DNA of 64,000 nt from the NCBI GenBank assembly GCA_964016885.1, contig OZ024743.1, positions 345,154,001 through 345,218,000 of the forward strand. The letters run 5' to 3'. This document shows, in pieces, positions 15,001 through 30,000 of this stretch (the stretch's first letter is position 1; every line of letters begins with the position of its first letter). The notes beneath the pieces are model-generated. The model made no database searches. It had not been told where the DNA came from and saw only the letters and a program-made list of their open reading frames with translations. The position numbers were made by a program, and so were the translations under genes. This stretch comes from Eledone cirrhosa. Taxonomy: Eukaryota.

Positions 15001-18000
15001 GTGTGTGTTGTATATGTATGTCTATGTATGCATGTCAGTATGTGGGTTTTGTATTTGTATGTCTCTCTATGTATGTCAGTATGTGGGTGTTGTATATGTA
15101 TGTCTATGTATGCATGTCTGTATGTGGGTGTTGTATATGTATGTCTATGTATGTATGTCTGTATGTGGGTGTTGTATATGTATGTCTATGTATGTATGTC
15201 TGTATGTGGGTGTTTTATATGTATGTCTATGTATGTATGTCAGTATGTGGGTGTTGTATATGTATGTCTATGTATGTATGTCTGTATGTGGGTGTTGTAT
15301 ATGTATGTCTATATATGTATGTCTGTATGTGGGTGTTGTATATGTACGTCTATGTATGTATGTCTGTATGTGGGTGTTGTATATGTATGTCTCTGTATGT
15401 ATGTCTGTATGTGGGTGTTGTATATGTATTTCTCTGTATGTATGTCAGTATGTGTGTGTTGTATATGTATGTCTATGTATGTATGTCAGTATGTGTATGT
15501 ATGTCTGTATGTGTGTGTTGTATATATATGTCTCTGTATGTATGTCTGTATGTGGGTGGTGTATATGTATGTCTATGTATGTATGTCTGTATGTGGGTGT
15601 TGTATATATATGTCTCTGTATGTATGTCTGTATGTGGGTGTTGTATATGTATGTCTATGTATGTATGTCTGTATGTGGGTGTTGTATATGTATGTCTATG
15701 TATGTATGTCTGTATGTGGGTGTTGTATATGTATGTCTATGTCTGTATGTGGGTGTTGTATATGTATGTCTGTATGTGGGTGTTGTATATGTATGTCTCT
15801 GTATGTATGTCTGTATGTGGGTGTTGTATATGTATGTCTATGTATGTATGTCTGTATGTGGGTGTTGTATATGTATGTCTATGTATGTATGTCTGTATGT
15901 GGGTGTTGTATATGTATGTCTATGTATGTATGTCTGTATGTGGGTGTTGTATATGTATGTCTGTATGTGGGCGTTGTATATATATGTCTATGTATGTATG
16001 TCTGTATGTGGGTGTTGTATATGTATGTCTATGTATGTATGTCTGTATGTGGGTGTTGTATATGTATGTCTATGTATGTATGTCAGTATGTGGGTGTTTT
16101 ATATGTATGTCTATGTATGTATGTCAGTATGTGGGTGTTGTATATGTATGTCTCTGTATGTATGTCTGTATGTGGGTGTTGTATATGTATGTCTCTGTAT
16201 GTATGTCAGTATGTGGGAGTTGTATATGTATGTCTCTGTATGTATATCTGTATGTGGGTGTTGTATATGTATGTCTCTGTATGTATGTCTGTATGTGGGT
16301 GTTGTATATGTATGTCTATGTATGTATGTCAGTATGTGGGTGTTGTATATGTATGTCTATGTATGTATGTCAGTATGTGGGTGTAGTATATGTATGTCTC
16401 TGTATGTATGTCAGTATGTGGGTGTTGTATTTGTATGTCAATGTATGTATGTCTGTATGTGGGTGTTGTATATGTATGTCTCTGTATGTATGTCTGTATG
16501 TGGGTGTTGTATTTGTATGTCAATGTATGTATGTCTGTATGTGGGTGTTGTATATGTATGTCTATGTATGTATGTCTGTATGTGGGTGTTGTATATGTAT
16601 GTCTCTGTATGTATGTCAGTATGTGGGTGTTGTATATGTACGTCTATGTATGTATGTCTGTATGTGTGTGTTGTATATGTATGTCTCTGTATGTATGTCT
16701 GTATGTGGGTGTTGTATATGTATGTCTATGTATTTATGTCTGTATGTGTGTGTTGTATAAGTATGTCTCTGTATGTATGTCAGTATGTGGGTGTTGTATA
16801 TGTATGTCTATGTATGTATGTCTGTATGTGGGTGTTGTATATGTATGTCTATGTATGTATGTCTGTATGTGGGTGTTGTATATGTATGTCTATGTATGTA
16901 TGTCTGTATGTGGGTGTTGTATATGTATGTCTCTGTATGTATGTCTGTATGTGGGTGTTGTATTTGTATGTCTATGTATGTATGTCTGTATGTGGGTGTT
17001 GTATATGTATGTCTATGTATGTATGTCTGTATGTGGGTGTTGTATATGTATGTCTATGTATGTATGTCTGTATGTGGGTGTTGTATATGTATGTCTACGT
17101 ATGTATGTCTGTATGTGGGTGTTTTATATGTATGTCTATGTATGTATGTCTGTATGTGGGTGTTGTATATGTATGTCTATGTATGTGAGTGTTGTATATG
17201 TATGTCTCTGTATGTATGTCTGTATGTGGGTGTTGTATATGTATGTCTCTGTATATATGTCAGTATGTGGGTGTTGTATATGTATGTCTATGTGGGTGTT
17301 GTATATGTATGTCTATGTATGTATGTCTGTATGTGGGTGTTGTATATGTATGTCTCTGTATATATGTCAGTATGTGAGTGTTGTATATGTATGTCTCTGT
17401 ATGTATGTCAGTATATGGGTGTTGTATATTATGTCTCTGTATGTATGTCTGTATGTGGGTGTTGTATATGTATATCTATGTGGGTGTTGTATATGTATGT
17501 CTATGTATGTATGTCTGTATGTGGGTGTTGTATATGTATGTCTACGTATGTATGTCTGTATGTGGGTGTTTTATATGTATGTCTATGTATGTATGTCTGT
17601 ATGTGGGTGTTGTATATGTATGTCTATGTATGTATGTCTGTATGTGGGTTTTGTATATGTATGTCTATGTATGTATGTCAGTATGTGAGTGTTGTATATG
17701 TATGTCTCTGTATGTATGTCTGTATGTGGGTGTTGTATATGTATGTCTATGTATATATGTCAGTATGTGAGTGTTGTATATTTATGTCTCTGTATGTATG
17801 TCAGTATGTGGGTGTTGTATATGTATGTCTATGTATGTATGTCAGTATGTGGGTGTTTTATATGTATGTCTATGTATGTATGTCTGTATGTGGGTGTTGT
17901 ATATGTATGTCTATGTATGTATGTCTGTATGTGGGTTTTGTATATGTATGTCTATGTATGTATCTCAGTATGTGAGTGTTGTATATGAATGTCTCTGTAT

Positions 18001-21000
18001 GTATGTCTGTATGTGGGTGTTGTATATGTATGTCTATGTATGTATGTCTGTATGTGGGTGTAGTATATGTATGTCTATGTATTTATGTCTGTATGTGAGT
18101 GTTGTATATGAATGTCTATGTATTTATGTCTGTATGTGGGTGTTGTATATGTATGTCTATGTATTTATGTCTGTATGTGGGTGTTGTATATGTATGTCTC
18201 AGTATGTATGTCTGTATGTGGGTGTAGTATATGTATGTCTATGTATTTATGTCTGTATGTGGGTGTTGTATATGTATGTCTCTGTATGTATGTCTGTATG
18301 TGGGTGTTGTATTTGTATGTCTCTCTATGTATGTCAGTATGTGGGTGTTGTATATGTATGTCTATGTATGCATGTCAGTATGTGGGTGTTGTATATGTAT
18401 GTCAGTATGTGGGTGTAGTATATGTATGTCTCTGTATGTATGTCAGTATGTGGGTGTTGTATATGTATGTCTATGTATGCATGTCTGTATGTGGGTGTTG
18501 TATATGTATGTCTATGTATGTATGTCTGTATGTGGGTGTTGTATATGTAAGTCTATGTATGCATGTCAGTATGTGGGTGTTGTATTTGTATGTCTCTCTA
18601 TGTATGTCAGTATGTGGGTGTTGTATATGTATGTCTATGTATGCATGTCTGTATGTGGGTGTTGTATATGTATGTATATGTATGCATGTCTGTATGTGGG
18701 TGTTGTATATGTATGTCTATGTATGTATGTATGTATGTGGGTGTTGTATATGTATGTCTATGTATGCATGTCAGTATGTGGGTGTTGTATTTGTATGTCT
18801 CTCTATATATGTCAGTATGTGGGTGTTGTATATGTATGTCTATGTATGCATGTCTGTATGTGGGTGTTGTATATGTATGTCTATGTATGTATGTCTGTAT
18901 GTGGGTGTTGTATATGTATGTCTATGTATGTATATCTGTATGTGGGTGTTGTATATGTATGTCTATGTATGTATGTCAGTATGTGGGTGTTGTATATGTA
19001 TGTCTCTGTATGTATGTCAGTATGTGGGTGTTGTATATGTATGTCTATGTATGTATGTCTGTATGTGGGTGTTGTATATGTATGTCTATATATGTATGTC
19101 TGTATGTGGGTGTTGTATATGTACGTCTATGTATGTATGTCTGTATGTGGGTGTTGTATATGTATGTCTCTGTATGTATGTCTGTATGTGGGTGTTGTAT
19201 ATGTATTTCTCTGTATGTATGTCAGTATGTGTGTGTTGTATATGTATGTCTATGTATGTATGTCAGTATGTGTATGTATGTCTGTATGTGTGTGTTGTAT
19301 ATATATGTCTCTGTATGTATGTCTGTATGTGGGTGTTGTATATGTATGTCTATGTATGTATGTCTGTATGTGGGTGTTGTATATGTATGTCTATGTATGT
19401 ATGTCAGTATGTGGGTGTTGTATATGTATGTCTCTGTATGTATGTCTGTATGTGGGTGTTGTATATGTATGTCTATGTATGTATGTCAGTATGTGGGTGT
19501 TGTATATGTATGTCTATGTACGTATGTCAGTATGTGTCTGTTGTATATGTATGTCTATGTATGTATGTCAGTATGTGTGTGTTGTATATGTATGTCTCTG
19601 TATGTATGTCTGTATGTCTCTATGTGGGTGTTGTATATGTATGTCTATGTATGTATGTCTGTATGTGTGTTGTATATTTATGTCTCTGTATGTATGTCTG
19701 TATGTGGGTGTTGTATATGTATGTCTATGTATGTATGTCAGTATGTGGGTGTTGTATGTCTATGTATGTATGTCTGTATGTGGGTGTTGTATATGTATGT
19801 CTATGTATGTATGTCAGTATGTGTGTGTTGTATATGTATGTCTCTCTATGTATGTCTGTATGTGGGTGTTGGATATGTATGTCTATCTATGTATGTCTGT
19901 ATGTGGGTGTTGTATATGTATGTCTATGTATGTATGTCAGTATGTGGGTGTTGTATATGTATGTCTATGTATGTATGTCAGTATGTGGGTGTTGTATATG
20001 TATGTCTATGTATGTATGTCAGTATGTGTGTGTTGTATATGTATGTCTCTGTATGTATGTCTGTATGTGGGTGTTGTTTATGTATGTCTATGTATATATG
20101 TATGTATGTGGGTGTTGTATATGTATGTCTATGTATGTATGTCAGAATGTGGGTGTTGTATATGTATGTCTATGTATGTATGTCTGTATATGAGTGTTGT
20201 ATATGTATGTCTATGTACGTATGTCTGTATGTGGGTGTTGTATATGTATGTCTATGTATGTATGTCTGTATGTGGGTGTTGTATATGTATGTCTATCTAT
20301 GTATGTCTGTATGTGGGTGTTGTATATGTATGTCTATGTATGTACGTCTGTATGTGGATGTTGCATATGTATGTCTATCTATGTATGTCTGTATGTGGGT
20401 GTTGTATATGTATGTCTATGTATGTATGTCTGTATGTGGGTGTTGTATATGTATGTCTCTGTATATATGTCAGTATGTGGGTGTTGTATATGTATGTCTA
20501 TGTGGGTGTTGTATATGTATGTCTATGTATGTATGTCTGTATGTGGGTGTTGTATATGTATGTCTCTGTATGTATGTCTGTATGTGGGTGTTGTATATGT
20601 ATGTCTCTGTATGTATGTCTGTATGTGGGTGTTGTATATGTATGTCTCTGTATGTATGTCTGTATGTGGGTGTTGTATATGTATGTCTATGTATGTATGT
20701 CTGTATGTGGGTGTTGTATATGTATGTCTCTGTATGTATGTCTGTATGTGGGTGTTGTATATGTATGTCTCTGTATGTATGTCTGTATGTGGGTGTTGTA
20801 TATGTATGTCTCTGTATATATGTCAGTATGTGGGTGTTGTATATGTATGTCTATGTGGGTGTTGTATATGTATGTCTATGTATGTATGTCTGTATGTGGG
20901 TGTTGTATATGTATGTCTCTGTATATATGTCAGTATGTGAGTGTTGTATATGTATGTCTCTGTATGTATGTCAGTATGTGGGTGTTGTATATTATGTCTC

Positions 21001-24000
21001 TGTATGTATGTCTGTATGTGGGTGTTGTATATGTATGTCTATGTGGGTGTTGTATATGTATGTCTATGTATGTATGTCTGTATGTGGGTGTTGTATATGT
21101 ATGTCTACGTATGTATGTCTGTATGTGGGTGTTTTATATGTATGTCTATGTATGTATGTCTGTATGTGGGTGTTGTATATGTATGTCTATGTATGTATGT
21201 CTGTATGTGGGTGTTGTATATGTATGTCTATGTATGTATATCTGTATGTGGGTGTTGTATATGTATGTCTATGTATGTATGTCAGTATGTGGGTGTTGTA
21301 TATGTATGTCTCTGTATGTATGTCAGTATGTGGGTGTTGTATATGTATGTCTATGTATGTATGTCTGTATGTGGGGGTTGTATATGTATGTCTATATATG
21401 TATGTCTGTATGTGGGTGTTGTATATGTACGTCTATGTATGTATGTCTGTATGTGGGTGTTGTATATGTATGTCTCTGTATGTATGTCTGTATGTGGGTG
21501 TTGTATATGTATTTCTCTGTATGTATGTCAGTATGTGTGTGTTGTATATGTATGTCTATGTATGTATGTCAGTATGTGTATGTATGTCTGTATGTGTGTG
21601 TTGTATATATATGTCTCTGTATGTATGTCTGTATGTGGGTGTTGTATATGTATGTCTATGTATGTATGTCTGTATGTGGGTGTTGTATATGTATGTCTAT
21701 GTATGTATGTCAGTATGTGGGTGTTGTATATGTATGTCTCTGTATGTATGTCTGTATGTGGGTGTTGTATATGTATGTCTATGTATGTATGTCAGTATGT
21801 GGGTGTTGTATATGTATGTCTATGTACGTATGTCAGTATGTGTCTGTTGTATATGTATGTCTCTGTATGTATGTCAGTATGTGTGTGTTGTATATGTATG
21901 TCTCTGTATGTATGTCTGTATGTCTCTATGTGGGTGTTGTATATGTATGTCTATGTATGTATGTCTGTATGTGTGTTGTATATTTATGTCTCTGTATGTA
22001 TGTCTGTATGTGGGTGTTGTATATGTATGTCTATGTATGTATGTCAGTATGTGGGTGTTGTATATGTATGTCTATGTATGTATGTCTGTATGTGGGTGTT
22101 GTATATGTATGTCTATGTATGTATGTCAGTATGTGTGTGTTGTATATGTATGTCTCTCTATGTATGTCTGTATGTGGGTGTTGGATATGTATGTCTATCT
22201 ATGTATGTCTGTATGTGGGTGTTGTATATGTATGTCTATGTATGTATGTCAGTATGTGGGTGTTGTATATGTATGTCTATGTATGTATGTCAGTATGTGG
22301 GTGTTGTATATGTATGTCTATGTATGTATGTCAGTATGTGTGTGTTGTATATGTATGTCTCTGTATGTATGTCTGTATGTGGGTGTTGTTTATGTATGTC
22401 TATGTATATATGTATGTATGTGGGTGTTGTATATGTATGTCTATGTATGTATGTCAGAATGTGGGTGTTGTATATGTATGTCTATGTATGTATGTCTGTA
22501 TATGAGTGTTGTATATGTATGTCTATGTACGTATGTCTGTATGTGGGTGTTGTATATGTATGTCTATGTATGTATGTCTGTATGTGGGTGTTGTATATGT
22601 ATGTCTATCTATGTATGTCTGTATGTGGGTGTTGTATATGTATGTCTATGTATGTACGTCTGTATGTGGATGTTGGATATGTATGTCTATCTATGTATGT
22701 CTGTATGTGGGTGTTGTATATGTATGTCTATGTATGTATGTCTGTATGTGGGTGTTGTATATGTATGTCTCTGTATATATGTCAGTATGTGGGTGTTGTA
22801 TATGTATGTCTATGTTGGTGTTGTATATGTATGTCTATGTATGTATGTATGTATGTGGGTGTTGTATATGTATGTCTCTGTATGTATGTTTGTATGTGGG
22901 TGTTGTATATGTATGTCTCTGTATGTATGTCTGTATGTGGGTGTTGTATATGTATGTCTCTGTATGTATGTCTGTATGTGGGTGTTGTATATGTATGTCT
23001 ATGTATGTATGTCTGTATGTGGGTGTTGTATATGTATGTCTCTGTATGTATGTCTGTATGTGGGTGTTGTATATGTATGTCTCTGTATGTATGTCTGTAT
23101 GTGGGTGTTGTATATGTATGTCTCTGTATATATGTCAGTATGTGGGTGTTGTATATGTATGTCTATGTGGGTGTTGTATATGTATGTCTATGTATGTATG
23201 TCTGTATGTGGGTGTTGTATATGTATGTCTCTGTATATATGTCAGTATGTGAGTGTTGTATATGTATGTCTCTGTATGTATGTCAGTATGTGGGTGTTGT
23301 ATATTATGTCTCTGTATGTATGTCTGTATGTGGGTGTTGTATATGTATGTCTATGTGGGTGTTGTATATGTATGTCTATGTATGTATGTCTGTATGTGGG
23401 TGTTGTATATGTATGTCTACGTATGTATGTCTGTATGTGGGTGTTTTATATGTATGTCTATGTATGTATGTCTGTATGTGGGTGTTGTATATGTATGTCT
23501 ATGTATGTATGTCTGTATGTGGGTTTTGTATATGTATGTCTATGTATGTATGTCAGTATGTGAGTGTTGTATATGTATGTCTCTGTATGTATGTCTGTAT
23601 GTGGGTGTTGTATATGTATGTCTATGTATGTATGTCAGTATGTGGGTGTTGTATATTATGTCTCTGTATGTATGTCTGTATGTGGGTGTTGTATATGTAT
23701 GTCTATGTGGGTGTTGTATATGTATGTCTATGTATGTATGTCTGTATGTGGGTGTTGTATATGTATGTCTACGTATGTATGTCTGTATGTGGGTGTTTTA
23801 TATGTATGTCTATGTATGTATGTCTGTATGTGGGTGTTGTATATGTATGTCTATGTATGTATGTCTGTATGTGGGTTTTGTATATGTATGTCTATGTATG
23901 TATGTCAGTATGTGAGTGTTGTATATGTATGTCTATGTATGTATGTCTGTATGTGGGTGTTGTATATGTATGTCTACGTATGTATGTCTGTATATGAGTG

Positions 24001-27000
24001 TTGTATATGTATGTCTATGTACGTATGTCTGTATGTGGGTGTTGTATATGTATGTCTATGTATGTATGTCTGTATGTGGGTGTTGTATATGTATGTCTAT
24101 CTATGTATGTCTGTATGTGGGTGTTGTATATGTATGTCTATGTATGTACGTCTGTATGTGGATGTTGGATATGTATGTCTATCTATGTATGTCTGTATGT
24201 GGGTGTTGTATATGTATGTCTATGTATGTATGTCTGTATGTGGGTGTTGTATATGTATGTCTCTGTATATATGTCAGTATGTGGGTGTTGTATATGTATG
24301 TCTATGTGGGTGTTGTATATGTATGTCTATGTATGTATGTCTGTATGTGGGTGTTGTATATGTATGTCTCTGTATGTATGTCTGTATGTGGGTGTTGTAT
24401 ATGTATGTCTCTGTATGTATGTCTGTATGTGGGTGTTGTATATGTATGTCTCTGTATGTATGTCTGTATGTGGGTGTTGTATATGTATGTCTATGTATGT
24501 ATGTCTGTATGTGGGTGTTGTATATGTATGTCTCTGTATGTATGTCTGTATGTGGGTGTTGTATATGTATGTCTCTGTATGTATGTCTGTATGTGGGTGT
24601 TGTATATGTATGTCTCTGTATATATGTCAGTATGTGGGTGTTGTATATGTATGTCTATGTGGGTGTTGTATATGTATGTCTATGTATGTATGTCTGTATG
24701 TGGGTGTTGTATATGTATGTCTCTGTATATATGTCAGTATGTGAGTGTTGTATATGTATGTCTCTGTATGTATGTCAGTATGTGGGTGTTGTATATTATG
24801 TCTCTGTATGTATGTCTGTATGTGGGTGTTGTATATGTATGTCTATGTGGGTGTTGTATATGTATGTCTATGTATGTATGTCTGTATGTGGGTGTTGTAT
24901 ATGTATGTCTACGTATGTATGTCTGTATGTGGGTGTTTTATATGTATGTCTATGTATGTATGTCTGTATGTGGGTGTTGTATATGTATGTCTATGTATGT
25001 ATGTCTGTATGTGGGTTTTGTATATGTATGTCTATGTATGTATGTCAGTATGTGAGTGTTGTATATATATGTCTCTGTATGTATGTCTGTATGTGGGTGT
25101 TGTATATGTATGTCTATGTATATATGTCAGTATGTGAGTGTTGTATATTTATGTCTCTGTATGTATGTCAGTATGTGGGTGTTGTATATGTATGTCTATG
25201 TATGTATGTCAGTATGTGGGTGTTTTATATGTATGTCTATGTATGTATGTCTGTATGTGGGTGTTGTATATGTATGTCTATGTATGTATGTCTGTATGTG
25301 GGTTTTGTATATGTATGTCTATGTATGTATCTCAGTATGTGAGTGTTGTATATGTATGTCTCTGTATGTATGTCTGTATGTGGGTGTTGTATATGTATGT
25401 CTATGTATATATGTCAGTATGTGAGTGTTGTATATGTATGTCTATGTATGTATGTCTGTATGTGGGTGTTGTATATGTATGTCTATGTATGTATGTCTGT
25501 ATGTGGGTGTTGTATATGTATGTCTCTGTATGTATGTCTGTATGTGGGTGTTGTATTTGTATGTCTCTCTATGTATGTCAGTATGTGGGTGTTGTATATG
25601 TATGTCTATGTATGCATGTCAGTATGTGGGTGTTGTATTTGTATGTCTCTCTATGTATGTCAGTATGTGGGTGTTGTATATGTATGTCTATGTATGCATG
25701 TCTGTATGTGGGTGTTGTATATGTATGTCTATGTATGTATGTCTGTATGTGGGTGTTGTATATGTATGTCTATGTATGCATGTCAGTATGTGGGTGTTGT
25801 ATTTGTATGTCTCTCTATGTATGTCAGTATGTGGGTGTTGTATATGTATGTCTATGTATGCATGTCTGTATGTGGGTGTTGTATATGTATGTATATGTAT
25901 GCATGTCTGTATGTGGGTGTTGTATATGTATGTCTATGTATGTATGTCTGTATGTGGGTGTTGTATATATATGTCTATGTATGCATGTCAGTATGTGGGT
26001 GTTGTATTTGTATGTCTCTCTATGTATGTCAGTATGTGGGTGTTGTATATGTATGTCTATGTATGCATGTCTGTATGTGGGTGTTGTATATGTATGTCTA
26101 TGTATGTATGTCTGTATGTGGGTGTTGTATATGTATGTCTATGTATGTATGTCTGTATGTGGGTGTTGTATATGTATGTCTATGTATGTATGTCAGTACG
26201 TGGGTGTTGTATATGTATGTCTCTGTATGTATGTCAGTATGTGGGTGTTGTATATGTATGTCTATGTATGTATGTCTGTATGTGGGTGTTGTATATGTAT
26301 GTCTATATATGTATGTCTGTATGTGGGTGTTGTATATGTACGTCTATGTATATATGTCTGTATGTGGGTGTTGTATATGTATGTCTCTATATGTATGTCT
26401 GTATGTGGGTGTTGTATATGTATTTCTCTGTATGTATGTCAGTATGTGTGTGTTGTATATGTATGTCTATGTATGTATGTCAGTATGTGTATGTATGTCT
26501 GTATGTGTGTGTTGTATATATATGTCTCTGTATGTATGTCTGTATGTGGGTGTTGTATATGTATGTCTATGTATGTATGTCTGTATGTGGGTGTTGTATA
26601 TGTATGTCTATGTATGTATGTCTGTATGTGGGTGTTGTATATGTATGTCTATGTATGTATGTCTGTATGTGGGTGTTGTATATGTATGTCTATGTATGTA
26701 TGTCTGTATGTGGGTGTTGTATATGTATGTCTGTATGTGGGTGTTGTATATGTATGTCTATGTATGTATGTCAGTATGTGGGTGTTTTATATGTATGTCT
26801 ATGTATGTATGTCAGTATGTGGGTGTTGTATATGTATGTCTCTGTATGTATGTCAGTATGTGGGTGTTGTATATGTATGTCTCTGTATGTATGTCTGTAT
26901 GTGGGTGTTGTATATGTATGTCTATGTATGTATGTCTGTATGTGGGTTTTGTATATGTATGTCTATGTATGTATGTCAGTATGTGAGTGTTGTATATGTA

Positions 27001-30000
27001 TGTCTATGTATGTATGTCTGTATGTGGGTGTTGTATATGTATGTCTACGTATGTATGTCTGTATATGAGTGTTGTATATGTATGTCTATGTACGTATGTC
27101 TGTATGTGGGTGTTGTATATGTATGTCTATGTATGTATGTCTGTATGTGGGTGTTGTATATGTATGTCTATCTATGTATGTCTGTATGTGGGTGTTGTAT
27201 ATGTATGTCTATGTATGTACGTCTGTATGTGGATGTTGGATATGTATGTCTATCTATGTATGTCTGTATGTGGGTGTTGTATATGTATGTCTATGTATGT
27301 ATGTCTGTATGTGGGTGTTGTATATGTATGTCTCTGTATATATGTCAGTATGTGGGTGTTGTATATGTATGTCTATGTGGGTGTTGTATATGTATGTCTA
27401 TGTATGTATGTCTGTATGTGGGTGTTGTATATGTATGTCTCTGTATGTATGTCTGTATGTGGGTGTTGTATATGTATGTCTCTGTATGTATGTCTGTATG
27501 TGGGTGTTGTATATGTATGTCTCTGTATGTATGTCTGTATGTGGGTGTTGTATATGTATGTCTATGTATGTATGTCTGTATGTGGGTGTTGTATATGTAT
27601 GTCTCTGTATGTATGTCTGTATGTGGGTGTTGTATATGTATGTCTCTGTATGTATGTCTGTATGTGGGTGTTGTATATGTATGTCTCTGTATATATGTCA
27701 GTATGTGGGTGTTGTATATGTATGTCTATGTGGGTGTTGTATATGTATGTCTATGTATGTATGTCTGTATGTGGGTGTTGTATATGTATGTCTCTGTATA
27801 TATGTCAGTATGTGAGTGTTGTATATGTATGTCTCTGTATGTATGTCAGTATGTGGGTGTTGTATATTATGTCTCTGTATGTATGTCTGTATGTGGGTGT
27901 TGTATATGTATGTCTATGTGGGTGTTGTATATGTATGTCTATGTATGTATGTCTGTATGTGGGTGTTGTATATGTATGTCTACGTATGTATGTCTGTATG
28001 TGGGTGTTTTATATGTATGTCTATGTATGTATGTCTGTATGTGGGTGTTGTATATGTATGTCTATGTATGTATGTCTGTATGTGGGTTTTGTATATGTAT
28101 GTCTATGTATGTATGTCAGTATGTGAGTGTTGTATATATATGTCTCTGTATGTATGTCTGTATGTGGGTGTTGTATATGTATGTCTATGTATATATGTCA
28201 GTATGTGAGTGTTGTATATTTATGTCTCTGTATGTATGTCAGTATGTGGGTGTTGTATATGTATGTCTATGTATGTATGTCAGTATGTGGGTGTTTTATA
28301 TGTATGTCTATGTATGTATGTCTGTATGTGGGTGTTGTATATGTATGTCTATGTATATATGTCAGTATGTGAGTGTTGTATATGTATGTCTATGTATGTA
28401 TGTCTGTATGTGGGTGTTGTATATGTATGTCTATGTATGTATGTCTGTATGTGGGTGTTGTATATGTATGTCTCTGTATGTATGTCTGTATGTGGGTGTT
28501 GTATTTGTATGTCTCTCTATGTATGTCAGTATGTGGGTGTTGTATATGTATGTCTATGTATGCATGTCAGTATGTGGGTGTTGTATTTGTATGTCTCTCT
28601 ATGTATGTCAGTATGTGGGTGTTGTATATGTATGTCTATGTATGCATGTCTGTATGTGGGTGTTGTATATGTATGTCTATGTATGTATGTCTGTATGTGG
28701 GTGTTGTATATGTATGTCTATGTATGCATGTCAGTATGTGGGTGTTGTATTTGTATGTCTCTCTATGTATGTCAGTATGTGGGTGTTGTATATGTATGTC
28801 TATGTATGCATGTCTGTATGTGGGTGTTGTATATGTATGTATATGTATGCATGTCTGTATGTGGGTGTTGTATATGTATGTCTATGTATGTATGTCTGTA
28901 TGTGGGTGTTGTATATATATGTCTATGTATGCATGTCAGTATGTGGGTGTTGTATTTGTATGTCTCTCTATGTATGTCAGTATGTGGGTGTTGTATATGT
29001 ATGTCTATGTATGCATGTCTGTATGTGGGTGTTGTATATGTATGTCTATGTATGTATGTCTGTATGTGGGTGTTGTATATGTATGTCTATGTATGTATGT
29101 CTGTATGTGGGTGTTGTATATGTATGTCTATGTATGTATGTCAGTACGTGGGTGTTGTATATGTATGTCTCTGTATGTATGTCAGTATGTGGGTGTTGTA
29201 TATGTATGTCTATGTATGTATGTCTGTATGTGGGTGTTGTATATGTATGTCTATATATGTATGTCTGTATGTGGGTGTTGTATATGTACGTCTATGTATG
29301 TATGTCTGTATGTGGGTGTTGTATATGTATGTCTCTATATGTATGTCTGTATGTGGGTGTTGTATATGTATTTCTCTGTATGTATGTCAGTATGTGTGTG
29401 TTGTATATGTATGTCTATGTATGTATGTCAGTATGTGTATGTATGTCTGTATGTGTGTGTTGTATATATATGTCTCTGTATGTATGTCTGTATGTGGGTG
29501 TTGTATATGTATGTCTATGTATGTATGTCTGTATGTGGGTGTTGTATATGTATGTCTATGTATGTATGTCTGTATGTGGGTGTTGTATATGTATGTCTAT
29601 GTATGTATGTCTGTATGTGGGTGTTGTATATGTATGTCTATGTATGTATGTCTGTATGTGGGTGTTGTATATGTATGTCTGTATGTGGGTGTTGTATATG
29701 TATGTCTATGTATGTATGTCAGTATGTGGGTGTTTTATATGTATGTCTATGTATGTATGTCAGTATGTGGGTGTTGTATATGTATGTCTCTGTATGTATG
29801 TCAGTATGTGGGTGTTGTATATGTATGTCTCTGTATGTATGTCTGTATGTGGGTGTTGTATATGTATGTCTATGTATGTATGTCAGTATGTGGGTGTTGT
29901 ATATGTATGTCTCTGTATGTATGTCTGTATGTGGGTGTTGTATATGTATGTCTATGTATGTATGTCAGTATGTGGGTGTTGTATATGTATGTCTATGTAT